Below, piece by piece: positions 17,830 to 27,158 of a DNA stretch of 55,793 nucleotides. The first letter of the stretch is position 1. Every line of letters starts with the position of its first letter. Below the pieces are notes generated by a model. That model searched no databases. It was given only the letters and a program-made list of their open reading frames with translations, and was not told the DNA's origin. The stretch lies in the IMG/VR virus record IMGVR_UViG_3300046011_004185, positions 1 to 55,793 of that record; one strand, 5' to 3'. Both the position numbers and the translations under genes were made by a program. The DNA is from a virus (Duplodnaviria; Caudoviricetes).

Positions 17830-20063
17830 GAATATCCTCTTACATCGCCAATATCTGCGTTTAGGATGACTCGACCAAGCTGATAATTGCCTCCGACGGT
17901 GTTAGATATGAACTTCAGCCGCAACTCTCGGCGTTGCTCTTTCATATCAATTTTGCCGGTCCCAGGGTCGAAGTTATAAGGCGCCGAGTCTTGGTCGTCT
18001 ATTTGTGCATATGGCCGGCCAGTCACAATCAGGCTCATTTGCCCGTTTTGAACAAAGTCTGGCTCCACCCGCTCAAGCCTTAGCCATCGGTTTGCCCCGT
18101 CCATTGTGGGTTGGGACGGGCCGCCGGCTACCCAGCCAAGATCCGATGTTTCAAAATAGGACTCGACAGCTGTAATCGTTTGGCCGTTGATTGCGTCGGT
18201 ACCGATCTCGTGCTGATAAATCTCAATCCGATCTTCAGGGGTTTTAAAGGTCAGGCTAGCTGTGTTCGATGCGGTCGGTGCGGCAGACAGGGTCAAAACC
18301 ATGACATAAAGAGCGGTAACTGGGATTGAGAATCCTGCCCCGCCGAGACCACCGAGGTTTGCGTCGCTTGCCGAAAGGGCATCTCCAATCTCGTAGGCAG
18401 CCCCGTAATTCACTAAAGTCACGGCTGTCACCCCGCCACCGGACACGGTGATATTTGCCGTTGCGCCAGACCCTGATCCGCCAGTAAGCGGAACATTGTT
18501 ATAGGTCGCATTTGCGTACCCCGAGCCTGCGGTAATCGATCCGAAAGTCTTGATCCCGCTGGATTGGATATTGGTGATTGTCGTGCCGGCCGGGATGTCG
18601 GTGCCGAAGACTAGGTAATTAGTCTTTAGATCCGTGTAATAGGTATCTAAGGCAATCCTAGTAAACCCGCTTATGTAGGTCATGCTAGCCGTCAGGACTG
18701 TTTCCTGGGGCAAGGTCACCCAGTCAGCCTCAACCGGGAAAGCGAAAACTTGAGAGAAATACCCGGCTGATCTACGGGAGCCTAAGGCTGTCCCGGCGTC
18801 ATACCAAGTGTTCTCGCGGATGTTATAGATAATGGCGTCATTACACTCCGCCGAATTACCTCTTGGATAGAACCACCACACCTCACCAAAACGGGGAACT
18901 TTGGTTGCCCAGACCTTTTGTCTTTGGGCGTAGTTTAAATTGTCAAAGAAGTAGTTCTGGTTCATCTGATTCGGAATCTCTTTGACAACACCGTTATAGA
19001 GCAAGAATCGGTCAACCCCAATCCAGTAATAAACGCCGTCATACTCAATAACGCACTGAGAGGACAGAATTGATGTCTGCGAGGAGATAATGTCGTACCG
19101 CCAAAAGGTTGGCGCAGCGAAGTCTCCTGAGTTTGGTATACCCAAAGACTGAGGTGCGTATGAAACCCGAACCAAAGAATCTAACGACCAAAAGAGCCCA
19201 GAGGGTGAGTTTGATCCACCTCTGACCGGAAGGCCTTGAACAATCTTTCCAGTGGCCACATTGGTCTCGTTTGCATCAGCTGAAACCCAATCTTGAGCGT
19301 TGCCGGCCGAGCAGTTTCTAATTAGACCGTTGTTTCCGTAAACGAACACATAGGGGTGCAAGACAACCACGCCACCAGAGACAGAAACATTATTATTAAA
19401 GGTGGCCGTTACAGTTGCCGATGCAGTAGCGTTTTGGCTCATCACCACATTGACGCCTGACACCGAAACAACTGTCGTGTTCGCTGGTATTCCCGCTCCG
19501 GTAATTGTTTGTCCTGCGCCTACTAAAAGGTTTGTGGCCCCTAAGGTAATGTTAGGAGAGGCGTTTACTGTCGTTACTGAAGCCGTAAACACCCCAATCT
19601 GACTCATTGTGGTGCCATTGATGTCACCGATTAAAACGGGGGTATTCGTGGTGTTATCGATAGCCGCAATGTTTTGCCCCGGATGAGCTACCAATGAGCT
19701 AACCCCGGCTCCGGCAACATCATAAAAGCCATCGAACTGCCACAGGTTTAAAGCTGAGGCAGTAAAGTTATTGACGGTAAAGTTTGCTACCCCAGCCCCT
19801 ACGCCGTTGTCGTCAATAACAAGCTCTTGAAGACCGTCGGAATAGCCAGAAAAGATGTAGTTAAAGTTATTCTGAGCGTTAACCCAAATACCCCTGGACG
19901 GACCTGTTAGCTCATTAGAGATGACCCGATAACCGCCCATTTTACGGGGGCGGCCACGCTGGAACCTGACCCAGCGGCCATCGTTGTAATACTGCTTATC
20001 AAAAGTCGTACCGTCGCGCTGAATCCCCGCAAGGGTATCGATAGCAAAAACTTTTTGCGTCAT
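17826..20063 (-). CDS. Tail nozzle/stabilisation protein (P22 gp10/T7 gp12-like beta-propeller)
   Basis: WVRF..GRPRKMGG, YWIG.DRF..YNG.V.EIP, FGEVWWFYP, YN..ENTWY, L.RVEPDF motifs; size and position. Confidence 0.75.
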   Translation of the reverse strand: MTQKVFAIDTLAGIQRDGTTFDKQYYNDGRWVRFQRGRPRKMGGYRVISNELTGPSRGIWVNAQNNFNYIFSGYSDGLQELVIDDNGVGAGVANFTVNNFTASALNLWQFDGFYDVAGAGVSSLVAHPGQNIAAIDNTTNTPVLIGDINGTTMSQIGVFTASVTTVNASPNITLGATNLLVGAGQTITGAGIPANTTVVSVSGVNVVMSQNATASATVTATFNNNVSVSGGVVVLHPYVFVYGNNGLIRNCSAGNAQDWVSADANETNVATGKIVQGLPVRGGSNSPSGLFWSLDSLVRVSYAPQSLGIPNSGDFAAPTFWRYDIISSQTSILSSQCVIEYDGVYYWIGVDRFLLYNGVVKEIPNQMNQNYFFDNLNYAQRQKVWATKVPRFGEVWWFYPRGNSAECNDAIIYNIRENTWYDAGTALGSRRSAGYFSQVFAFPVEADWVTLPQETVLTASMTYISGFTRIALDTYYTDLKTNYLVFGTDIPAGTTITNIQSSGIKTFGSITAGSGYANATYNNVPLTGGSGSGATANITVSGGGVTAVTLVNYGAAYEIGDALSASDANLGGLGGAGFSIPVTALYVMVLTLSAAPTASNTASLTFKTPEDRIEIYQHEIGTDAINGQTITAVESYFETSDLGWVAGGPSQPTMDGANRWLRLERVEPDFVQNGQMSLIVTGRPYAQIDDQDSAPYNFDPGTGKIDMKEQRRELRLKFISNTVGGNYQLGRVILNADIGDVRGYS

Positions 20064-21337
20064 CAGTAAGTCCCACCAGATACGCCGCTAGTGAAAGTTC
20101 CTGTTGTTCCTGAAACGGCACCTGAAAAGGCGCCTGCACCAGTGACGGTTATTCCAGTGGCTGTTGCCCTAAATCTTTGAGTTCCAAGCACCGAAACACC
20201 AAACTGTCCGGCCCCTGGTCTGTAGACACCGGTTGTCGTTTCGCTTGCAAAAGAAAGGCTTGGGCTACCCACATTGCCGTCTGCTAATTGGATACTAGAA
20301 AGTCCAGCCAGAATCGTTGAGGCATTTAGCAGATTGACAGAGTCGCAAAGCAAAATTGCCTGCTGACCGGCAGGGATAACTGCAGTACCAGATCCCGCTA
20401 CACCAGTCGTAAAGGTGATGGTGTAATTTGCCCCGGTTCCATCGGTCTGATTGGTGATGTAATAAACTTGGATGGTCTGGGGTAAGTTGACCGTTACATT
20501 TCCCGCCAAGGTTCCGGTGTACTTTTGGATCACATTGGCCGCCTCGACCGGGGTCAATGTGTAAGATCCGTTAGTAACCGCCTTAGTTAGCTGAGTAAAG
20601 TTAAACTCAGTTGATCTTCCTAGTCCGACACTGAAAAATGCAGTTCCTGAAGATATGACGAAGCAGGAATCTGTCGGTTGAAGATCTAAGGAAGCTGATG
20701 AGTCGATCAGCTGACCGCCAGACGGGGATATAGTGACCGTTCCCGTGCCGTTATTACGGATAAGCGTAAACCAGTTATTCCCTAAAGTAGACGCTGAGGT
20801 TAGGGTTATCGTCCCTGCCCCACCCGTCCAGACGACAGTCTGAGCTCGATCTGTGTCATCAAGCGTAAAGTTTGTTGAGTAGGTTCCGACCGGATGGGAC
20901 TGATTTAGAGTGTTGGCAACAGCCAATAAACCATATCCAGCCAGCGTAGAGGCATCCACATTTGAGGTTCCAACGCCGAAAGCAATTACACCCCAGGTAC
21001 CGGCGGTATTTGCATTGGTCTCAATGTAGATATATTTGGCTTGGCCAGCCGCAACGGCGACAATTGTGTTTCCGGCGTAGTCGGCTACCGTAAATGTATT
21101 GGCTCCAACATTTCGGATTAGGGCGTCATTACCGACCGATGTCTGATTAGCCGGGGGCATCTTAAGCAGCAGCCCTCCGGTGGTCGCCGTGACCTCCATG
21201 ATCCGGGCGGCATAGTCGTCCGTGGCGTTACCGTTAATCGGCCACTCCAGCTGGGTGTTAGCGGAGATTGAGAAGGCCCGAAACGACACATCGGTCGGCT
21301 GGACCACATTACCGGTAAATGGACTGTTGTAGCTCAT
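20063..21337 (-). CDS. Tail fibre or fibre-attachment structural protein
   Basis: Thr/Gly beta-rich repeats, DGNVGSPSLSFASETTTGVYR motif, ends in GGTY. Confidence 0.65.
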   Translation of the reverse strand: MSYNSPFTGNVVQPTDVSFRAFSISANTQLEWPINGNATDDYAARIMEVTATTGGLLLKMPPANQTSVGNDALIRNVGANTFTVADYAGNTIVAVAAGQAKYIYIETNANTAGTWGVIAFGVGTSNVDASTLAGYGLLAVANTLNQSHPVGTYSTNFTLDDTDRAQTVVWTGGAGTITLTSASTLGNNWFTLIRNNGTGTVTISPSGGQLIDSSASLDLQPTDSCFVISSGTAFFSVGLGRSTEFNFTQLTKAVTNGSYTLTPVEAANVIQKYTGTLAGNVTVNLPQTIQVYYITNQTDGTGANYTITFTTGVAGSGTAVIPAGQQAILLCDSVNLLNASTILAGLSSIQLADGNVGSPSLSFASETTTGVYRPGAGQFGVSVLGTQRFRATATGITVTGAGAFSGAVSGTTGTFTSGVSGGTY

Positions 21338-21972
21338 TATGAATCCAATACAGTAGATTGACGGTCAGCGATCCGTGTCAGGTCTTCAGTCTTCAAGGTG
21401 TTAATGATCTTGTCGTACTGGGCCTGCCACATCGGCATACGCTCATCGTTTTTAAGGAACGGCATGGCCTGCAGGAGGCTGCCGTAAAGCAGCGCCTGCG
21501 GGGCGTAGATCGTGAACCAATTGGTTTGATTTGAGGAATCCAGGGGCTGAATCCGCTCGTAATAAAGCACCTCAAAGGTGTACCCTGAGGCAGGGGTAGG
21601 GGCTACTAACCAGTGGGTATAGTCGTAGTCGCAGTAAAACTTAGGAACCTCGGTTTGGGTTGGGTCTGGCCAGTACTCCCGCAGGTACTCATATTTGCGG
21701 AGCAGGACAGGCTTGCGCTCCCCGGCCACGACCACATTCATGGACACCGTCTTATGCCACCGGGCGGGCTTATCGATTACCGGCTGGGTGGCCACCATGG
21801 TGCTCTGCATCACGGTCAGGTTGCCTAAGAACTTAATCTCTGAGGCGATAACCTGCTCGGCCAGCATGATGAAGGTAGGAATCTTCTCAAGCGTGGCCGT
21901 GTCCGTGCGCTCCAGGTAGGTCGAGATATCGTCTACCAGGGAGTCATAGGTCATCACCGCAGCGACTGTCAT
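21337..21972 (-). CDS. Head-tail adaptor protein
   Basis: MTYDSL...I..YLERTD...IPTFI.LAE...P.P...Y...NW....AP.ALLYGSL..A.PFLKNDER. Confidence 0.8.
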   Translation of the reverse strand: MTVAAVMTYDSLVDDISTYLERTDTATLEKIPTFIMLAEQVIASEIKFLGNLTVMQSTMVATQPVIDKPARWHKTVSMNVVVAGERKPVLLRKYEYLREYWPDPTQTEVPKFYCDYDYTHWLVAPTPASGYTFEVLYYERIQPLDSSNQTNWFTIYAPQALLYGSLLQAMPFLKNDERMPMWQAQYDKIINTLKTEDLTRIADRQSTVLDS

Positions 21973-22379
21973 TACCAGCTCCTATACTTTTTGGTCTTCT
22001 CAGCGATCGACTTGGGCTGGGAGACAAACTGTTTTCCGGCCGCTTTGCCTTCCCGCTTAGCCCGGGTCGTGGCGGCGTATTCCGAGGACGACAGGCTTTG
22101 GATGGCCTTTTTGGGCAGATACCGCTCCCCGGTGGCCTTAGGACCCTGCGTAGAGGGTTTTCCAGACTTCGTTCCCCACTCCTGCTTTGACCACTGGGAG
22201 AGGCTGTTATCGGCCCGTTTTGGGCCTTTATAACCACCCCCGGAAGACTTGTACTTCTGAGTGGCCAGCTGAGCCTTCCTGGCCGACCATTGCCCAGGCG
22301 AGCCACCCTTACCCGAGGCCTTGACCTGGGCGACGATGCGCTTCCATTTTCCTGGGTTGGATTTGACTGCGCTGCTCAT
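21972..22379 (-). CDS. DUF5872-like basic protein
   Basis: KGG.PGQWSARKAQL..QKYK..GGGYKG...SL.QW.KQEW.T...ERYLPKKA. Confidence 0.7.
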   Translation of the reverse strand: MSSAVKSNPGKWKRIVAQVKASGKGGSPGQWSARKAQLATQKYKSSGGGYKGPKRADNSLSQWSKQEWGTKSGKPSTQGPKATGERYLPKKAIQSLSSSEYAATTRAKREGKAAGKQFVSQPKSIAEKTKKYRSW

Positions 22380-22825
22380 GAAAAGGCCCTTGTTCCCTGT
22401 TTATCAATTATCAGCTTTTGGCCTCTAGGCTGCATCTGAGGTGTGTTTGGAACAGAGATATGCGTCCAAGAATCAAACTCTAGGATGATCTGATCAAAGG
22501 GTACTTGGGCGGCTATGCAGGCCTCCACCACCTCCCGTGGTTTCATCCCCGGAACTCTGAGGTCAGCCGCACAGCCTAAACGGTGTTGTGAGGTGTCTTT
22601 AGATCCGACAGCGTCATTTACAGGCTTAGACCTGTAGGCGCTGTTGATCATCACGGCTTTGCCGCCTATCGCTTTTTTGACTTCTTGGAGGAGGGCTGCG
22701 AGTCTTTTGAGATTTTCGATTTCAGACTCATTAGGCGTGTTTTCAACGCCGAGCCGAACTGCCGTATCCGAGCGAGTAAGTTCTTCATAGGTAAAGTTCT
22801 CCGAAAGTTTATCGGTAGGGTTCAT
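22376..22825 (-). CDS. Endolysin, peptidase M15A family
   Basis: LSENFT.EEL..S.TA, INSAYRS..VN.AVG...SQH..G.AAD, FDQIILEF..WTHIS. Confidence 0.9.
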   Translation of the reverse strand: MNPTDKLSENFTYEELTRSDTAVRLGVENTPNESEIENLKRLAALLQEVKKAIGGKAVMINSAYRSKPVNDAVGSKDTSQHRLGCAADLRVPGMKPREVVEACIAAQVPFDQIILEFDSWTHISVPNTPQMQPRGQKLIIDKQGTRAFS

Positions 22826-23325
22826 TTTTTGCCTGCCATTGCGTCAGTTTTCTCTTTAGATCCCGCTGAAGATCCGTAGTAGTAATACACCGCTGCCATA
22901 AGAACAGCATCCAAAGTTCCTAAAGCCCTTGCCACCAACTCCCTCATGTCGCTGGCAATAGTTCCGTTAAATAGCTTGTAATTGACCAGGCACCAAATCA
23001 CAAAGGTCACCGCGCACATAATCCTCGGAGTCCACACATCCCCGGTTTTGGCGGCCATTTCACGGGCTGAGTTACGGTCTCCAGCGTGAATCTCCTCAAG
23101 TTTGATGTCTAACTCTTTCATCTTGATCTTGAGATCAGCCTCGACCTGCTTGAGTGCGGCCATCTGATCGGCATTGATATTTCCCGATGACAGCGCCTCT
23201 TTAATTTGATCTTTGGTCGCGTCTTTCATGCCCAGCGCAGAACCAATGGCGTCTACAGCCATTCCTGCCAATGGGCCTCCAAGAAGGGTTGCCGCTGTTG
23301 GCGCAATTTTAGTGAGCCATTCCAT
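22822..23325 (-). CDS. Putative holin (3-TM type)
   Basis: APT.AT.LGGPLAG, DR.SAREM, two C-terminal TM segments, YYYGSS.GS..K; next to the endolysin. Confidence 0.7.
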   Translation of the reverse strand: MEWLTKIAPTAATLLGGPLAGMAVDAIGSALGMKDATKDQIKEALSSGNINADQMAALKQVEADLKIKMKELDIKLEEIHAGDRNSAREMAAKTGDVWTPRIMCAVTFVIWCLVNYKLFNGTIASDMRELVARALGTLDAVLMAAVYYYYGSSAGSKEKTDAMAGKK

Positions 23326-23666
23326 TAGTTTTTCCCCATGTTTACGGTGTCATCGCCTTTGCAAACAGTTACCTTTCCGTCTTCAACATCCACCCGCATA
23401 GGCGGTTCTTTCTGATCTAGTCTGGCAATAAGGTTCTGGATAACCTGAAACTCGGGTTTTTCTTCTTTGTCCCGCGTTCCGGTGATGCCGCCAATCATGG
23501 AGATTAGGGCCATAATGACGCCAGATGCCATGCCCACAATCGGAGTCAGTGCCTCAGAAGATAACTGCATAGCCGAATAAATCACCATGCCCACCATTAG
23601 TACGATGGCTGGAATGCCTATTACCCCGATTACCTTGCTGGCCAGTTCTTTTGCGCTTTTTTCCAT
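23325..23666 (-). CDS. Membrane protein with two TM segments (lysis cassette)
   Basis: Start trimmed to MEKSAK; two hydrophobic helices. Confidence 0.6.
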   Translation of the reverse strand: MEKSAKELASKVIGVIGIPAIVLMVGMVIYSAMQLSSEALTPIVGMASGVIMALISMIGGITGTRDKEEKPEFQVIQNLIARLDQKEPPMRVDVEDGKVTVCKGDDTVNMGKN

Positions 23667-24118
23667 CACCACACCTTTGTAATTTTGAGTATTGCGTACA
23701 TCACAAAAGCTAAAACCCCTAGCACTAACCACTCATTCCGAGTCTGCTTACGGTCTGATTCAAACTCCCGCTGCAGCTCTTTCTTTTCTTTTCTTATCCT
23801 TACCTCTAGCTGCTCTACCTCTTGAACCGCTTTCCTGCCAAACTCTTTCTCAATGTTCCTAAACGCATCCTCTTTTTGCTTACGGATGTTGTACAAAATC
23901 CGATACTCGTTGATGGCGTCGATGAACATCATGTCGCCTCGACGCTGAACTTCCTGCTGTTTCTTGCGCCAAGCAACCCTTGCTCGAGCCTCTTCGTCCA
24001 AAAAGGCATTGACTTCCTTGGCCGTTTCCTTGATGTCCCGACCAGCCTTTAAGGCCTCGCGGATACCGCCAAGAGCAGTTTGGACGACCTTTGATGGGTC
24101 GGTGGGATCGGGCAGCAC
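23666..24118 (-). CDS. Coiled-coil protein with a C-terminal TM anchor (lysis cassette)
   Basis: Charged helical body, C-terminal WLVLGVLAFVMYAIL. Confidence 0.6.
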   Translation of the reverse strand: MLPDPTDPSKVVQTALGGIREALKAGRDIKETAKEVNAFLDEEARARVAWRKKQQEVQRRGDMMFIDAINEYRILYNIRKQKEDAFRNIEKEFGRKAVQEVEQLEVRIRKEKKELQREFESDRKQTRNEWLVLGVLAFVMYAILKITKVW

Positions 24119-24196
24119 TCAAAGGCTCCATAAGAAAAAGGACCATCCGATGATTATGAGTAAGACACCCAAGAACACAAAAGCCCAAAATCCCAC
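24119..24196 (-). CDS. Possible 25-aa single-TM microprotein
   Basis: GTG-start MGFWAFVFLGVLLIIIGWSFFLWSL fills the gap between 24198 and 24118. Confidence 0.35.
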   Translation of the reverse strand: MGFWAFVFLGVLLIIIGWSFFLWSL

Positions 24197-24197
24197 A

Positions 24198-24398
24198 TTA
24201 GAGTCCAATCAATTTTTTAAAGAATTCAGCAGCAACACCAGGCCCAAACAGCACCACAATAATTACGGCGTAAAGCAGATACTCAATCTTGCTCATACGG
24301 CGATCGCCCTCGCGTAATGAAGCAGAGATCTGCTCATAACGAGTAGCGCAAACGGCCTCGTGGACGGCCAATTTGGTCTCTACAGACTGATCAATCAC
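24198..24398 (-). CDS. Small membrane protein (holin or XhlA-like architecture)
   Basis: HEAVCA.RY..I coiled coil followed by a TM helix. Confidence 0.65.
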   Translation of the reverse strand: MIDQSVETKLAVHEAVCATRYEQISASLREGDRRMSKIEYLLYAVIIVVLFGPGVAAEFFKKLIGL

Positions 24399-24444
24399 TT
24401 ACTTTTCCTTATTAACTAAATTTTTTGTACTTTTAAAAAATTTT

Positions 24445-24810
24445 TTATAACACACTTACCTTTCCAGAAGAAAATATATTGTTTGTGTTTGGTATTTGAT
24501 CTGGCATTAAAATTTCTGACTCCTTACTTTCTGCGTTACGCAAAGCGTGAACGCAATAAGCGATGGTTCCATTTTCTAGCGCTTCAATAAAATGTCGTTT
24601 TCCTGCCTTTGTAATAAACACATGAGGAGCTTTAAAAATTGTTTCACTTCCATCAACATTAACTTTTACTGATCCACAAGCCACCAAAGTTAAATGATCA
24701 AAATTATGGACATGACCTTCGTTCATATCGCCTATGTTTTGAAAATTCATTTGACGAATCCATAAATTTGATGCAACTGTAATTTTTGTATCTGGATAAG
24801 CCATTACCAT
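24445..24810 (-). CDS. Cupin-fold protein
   Basis: GHVHNFDHLTLV..GSV.V...F.AP....KAG.RH.I.ALE...YCVHA. Confidence 0.75.
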   Translation of the reverse strand: MVMAYPDTKITVASNLWIRQMNFQNIGDMNEGHVHNFDHLTLVACGSVKVNVDGSETIFKAPHVFITKAGKRHFIEALENGTIAYCVHALRNAESKESEILMPDQIPNTNNIFSSGKVSVL

Positions 24811-24983
24811 TTACCTTTTGGGCATTTTGCAATTTGAAATTGAATTTTTGTTTTGACAGGACATCCACACGCTCTGCATTGCATCACTTTAATAATTGGC
24901 ATTAACCGTAATTGATCACACCCCATACAAGTTTTTAATCTTGTAGTTTGTAAATCTTTAGTACTAATAACTTGTAAATTCAT
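24804..24983 (-). CDS. Small Cys-rich protein (59 aa, DUF6171-like; not in the ORF track)
   Basis: MNLQVISTKDLQTTRLKTCMGCDQLRLMPIIKVMQCRACGCPVKTKIQFQIAKCPKGKW. Confidence 0.7.
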   Translation of the reverse strand: MNLQVISTKDLQTTRLKTCMGCDQLRLMPIIKVMQCRACGCPVKTKIQFQIAKCPKGKW

Positions 24984-24986
24984 AAT

Positions 24987-25400
24987 TTATAAATTGGAAA
25001 TTGGAATTTCTACTGGGTTATTTTCAATAACACCAAGCTCTACCAATACATCTGCAACTTGTTTTTTGAAGTGAATTTGTTCCCACATTTCAGAATTGGC
25101 TATAACTTCTGGATCAAGATCCAATGGAATATTTTCTAAATTTGCAAGAGATTTTCTTGTTGTTTCGCACTCAATACCAACAAGAGTTTGAATGTATGAC
25201 AAATCAGCATCTGGAGATTTTTGTGCCTCTATCGCTTCAATAGGAGGAGCGTAATCTTTTATGATTTGTTCTAATTCTTGTTGATTTTTTGGAAGAGGGT
25301 TTGTTAGCCTCAAACTTGCCCATGTTCCATCATCAAAAAATACCTCTAATGTTTTTAATTGATTATCAAATTTTGTAATTTTGTATTTTAATAAACTCAT
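24987..25400 (-). CDS. Hypothetical protein (possible adhesin chaperone)
   Basis: AT-rich, acidic, directly downstream of the Gly-rich adhesin. Confidence 0.6.
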   Translation of the reverse strand: MSLLKYKITKFDNQLKTLEVFFDDGTWASLRLTNPLPKNQQELEQIIKDYAPPIEAIEAQKSPDADLSYIQTLVGIECETTRKSLANLENIPLDLDPEVIANSEMWEQIHFKKQVADVLVELGVIENNPVEIPISNL

Positions 25401-26311
25401 GCTAATCCTCCAGCGACGGTGCCGCTATTGTTTAATGTTACAGCGCTAGATCCTTTAACTAAATATCTACCAGCAGTTCCAAAAGTAGATCCAGCGGACC
25501 CAGTTAAACCACTTCCAACATTTCCGTTTGCACCGGTTGACCCAGTTGCTCCAGCGGTTCCAGAATTTCCAAATGTTCCTCCATTGCCGCCAGTACCACC
25601 AGTACCACCAGTACCGGCATTAGTGCCACCTGCGGCTCCAGCAGATCCAGCGGAACCATTAGATTGCGATTGGCTATAACCTTGCCCAGCGCCACCATTA
25701 CCACCAGCACCAGCAGCTCCACCACTTGTAGATACAGTTTTGCTACACGCATTAGACCCAATACAAGTCCAACAAGCTCCTTTTCCGTTATAACTGCAAG
25801 TTCCTATACAAGTCGTAAATCCAGTTTCACTACACGATCCATTACAACCACTTGGGTTGCATCCACCACCAGGACCTGTTTGTGTAGTAGATCCAGACCC
25901 TCCTTGACCACCAGCGCCGCCTTTGCCACCACCGCCACCACCACCGCGAATATTTGCGCCAGAGTTGTTGTTAATTACAACAGTTTGATTTGGATAGTCA
26001 GCGTAAATTGCATCTCCGCCGTTTCCACCTGCGCCACTTGTTCCAGCAGCACCACCAAAACCATCAATATTTCCGCTGTTGTTTATAGTAATAGTTGAAT
26101 TGGTTGGAAATTGACCAACCGTTAGAGCGGTACTACTTCCAGTTCCGCCAACTGTCACTCCAGAATTAATGTTTAAAATTACATTTTTAGCTTCGGTTGG
26201 TGATCCCGCAGCCGTAAACAAATTATAATTTGTTGTTGTTGAAGATAGCGTTATTGTAATTGTCGGAAGACCATAAGACCCACCAACAAACGCTGCAACA
26301 ATCCCAGTCAT
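25397..26311 (-). CDS. Glycine-rich adhesin, T-even gp38-like
   Basis: NYNL...AG.P...I.INNSG.I.GFGG...GGNGGDAI...INN...I.GGGGGGG and polyglycine repeats, with a Cys-rich loop. Confidence 0.7.
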   Translation of the reverse strand: MTGIVAAFVGGSYGLPTITITLSSTTTNYNLFTAAGSPTEAKNVILNINSGVTVGGTGSSTALTVGQFPTNSTITINNSGNIDGFGGAAGTSGAGGNGGDAIYADYPNQTVVINNNSGANIRGGGGGGGKGGAGGQGGSGSTTQTGPGGGCNPSGCNGSCSETGFTTCIGTCSYNGKGACWTCIGSNACSKTVSTSGGAAGAGGNGGAGQGYSQSQSNGSAGSAGAAGGTNAGTGGTGGTGGNGGTFGNSGTAGATGSTGANGNVGSGLTGSAGSTFGTAGRYLVKGSSAVTLNNSGTVAGGLA

Positions 26312-26766
26312 GTTACATTCCCAGAAACAATGCAGACGGTTCCGCTGAGGAATAGGATATTTGCCAATCCCCTAGTAGCCAGGGTCATGGTGCTCTTATC
26401 CGTGTCCGTGCCCGCGATGTAGGCGGTTGTAATCGTGCAGGTGATCGTTATGTTGCCAGTTGTGTTGTTAGCAATAACAATTGCATCTCCGGTTGAAAAC
26501 ACGCCATCTGGAATTGTCACCGAGCCGCCGGAACCCACCTGAATGTACTGTCCAACATCGCTGGTTGCCAGCGTGTAACTGGTCGTCTTAGCTGATCCAG
26601 ATTGTGGAATAGCACGAATATTACCGGCTGAGTCAGAAATTATTCCAGAAGTATTGATCGTCAACCTAGTCGTGCCGTTAGTCTGCAGCTCAAGCTGGCC
26701 CGAGGCGTCCCCGGTCGAGATCAAGCCACCCGAGCCGGATGAGGTTGCGTTTATGGTTGATGGCAT
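26308..26766 (-). CDS. Short fibre/adaptor (cassette C)
   Basis: N-terminal TGDASGQLELQTNGTT shared with 32675..33247; C-terminal SYTL..SD.G...VTIP...IVSGNVT. Confidence 0.65.
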   Translation of the reverse strand: MPSTINATSSGSGGLISTGDASGQLELQTNGTTRLTINTSGIISDSAGNIRAIPQSGSAKTTSYTLATSDVGQYIQVGSGGSVTIPDGVFSTGDAIVIANNTTGNITITCTITTAYIAGTDTDKSTMTLATRGLANILFLSGTVCIVSGNVT

Positions 26767-26769
26767 TTC

Positions 26770-27156
26770 TTACTCCATAATTTTTGTTGCTGATGCCTGA
26801 GAGATGACATTTGAGGCAACCAGAAAATCAACCAGCTCCTGCGCTCCGGCCTGCTCTTTGGGCAACTCAGCCTTCACCGTGACAATCTCTGGTGCTGAGT
26901 TGTTATCCCATTTGGTCTTCTCAGCCAGGCTCATGCCTTTACGGAAGTCATCCGCTGTCCACGAGCGAGGAGCGGGAGGTGCCGGGGGAGGCGGCTCTGG
27001 TTTTACCAGTTGACCGTTTACCCAGCCGTCACCGTTAGCCGCATTGTCAGGAACTTGGGTGTCGTAAAGTTTGGCTATGTCTGGGTGATAGATCTTTTCT
27101 GGATCAGTCCAAGCCACATCTCGAATTTGACCGTTTTCAATCCATGCGTATTTCAT
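26770..27156 (-). CDS. Putative fibre/adhesin assembly chaperone
   Basis: MKYAWIENGQI...GDGWVNG..VKPEPPPP; follows the Gly-rich adhesin. Confidence 0.6.
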   Translation of the reverse strand: MKYAWIENGQIRDVAWTDPEKIYHPDIAKLYDTQVPDNAANGDGWVNGQLVKPEPPPPAPPAPRSWTADDFRKGMSLAEKTKWDNNSAPEIVTVKAELPKEQAGAQELVDFLVASNVISQASATKIME

Positions 27157-27158
27157 GA

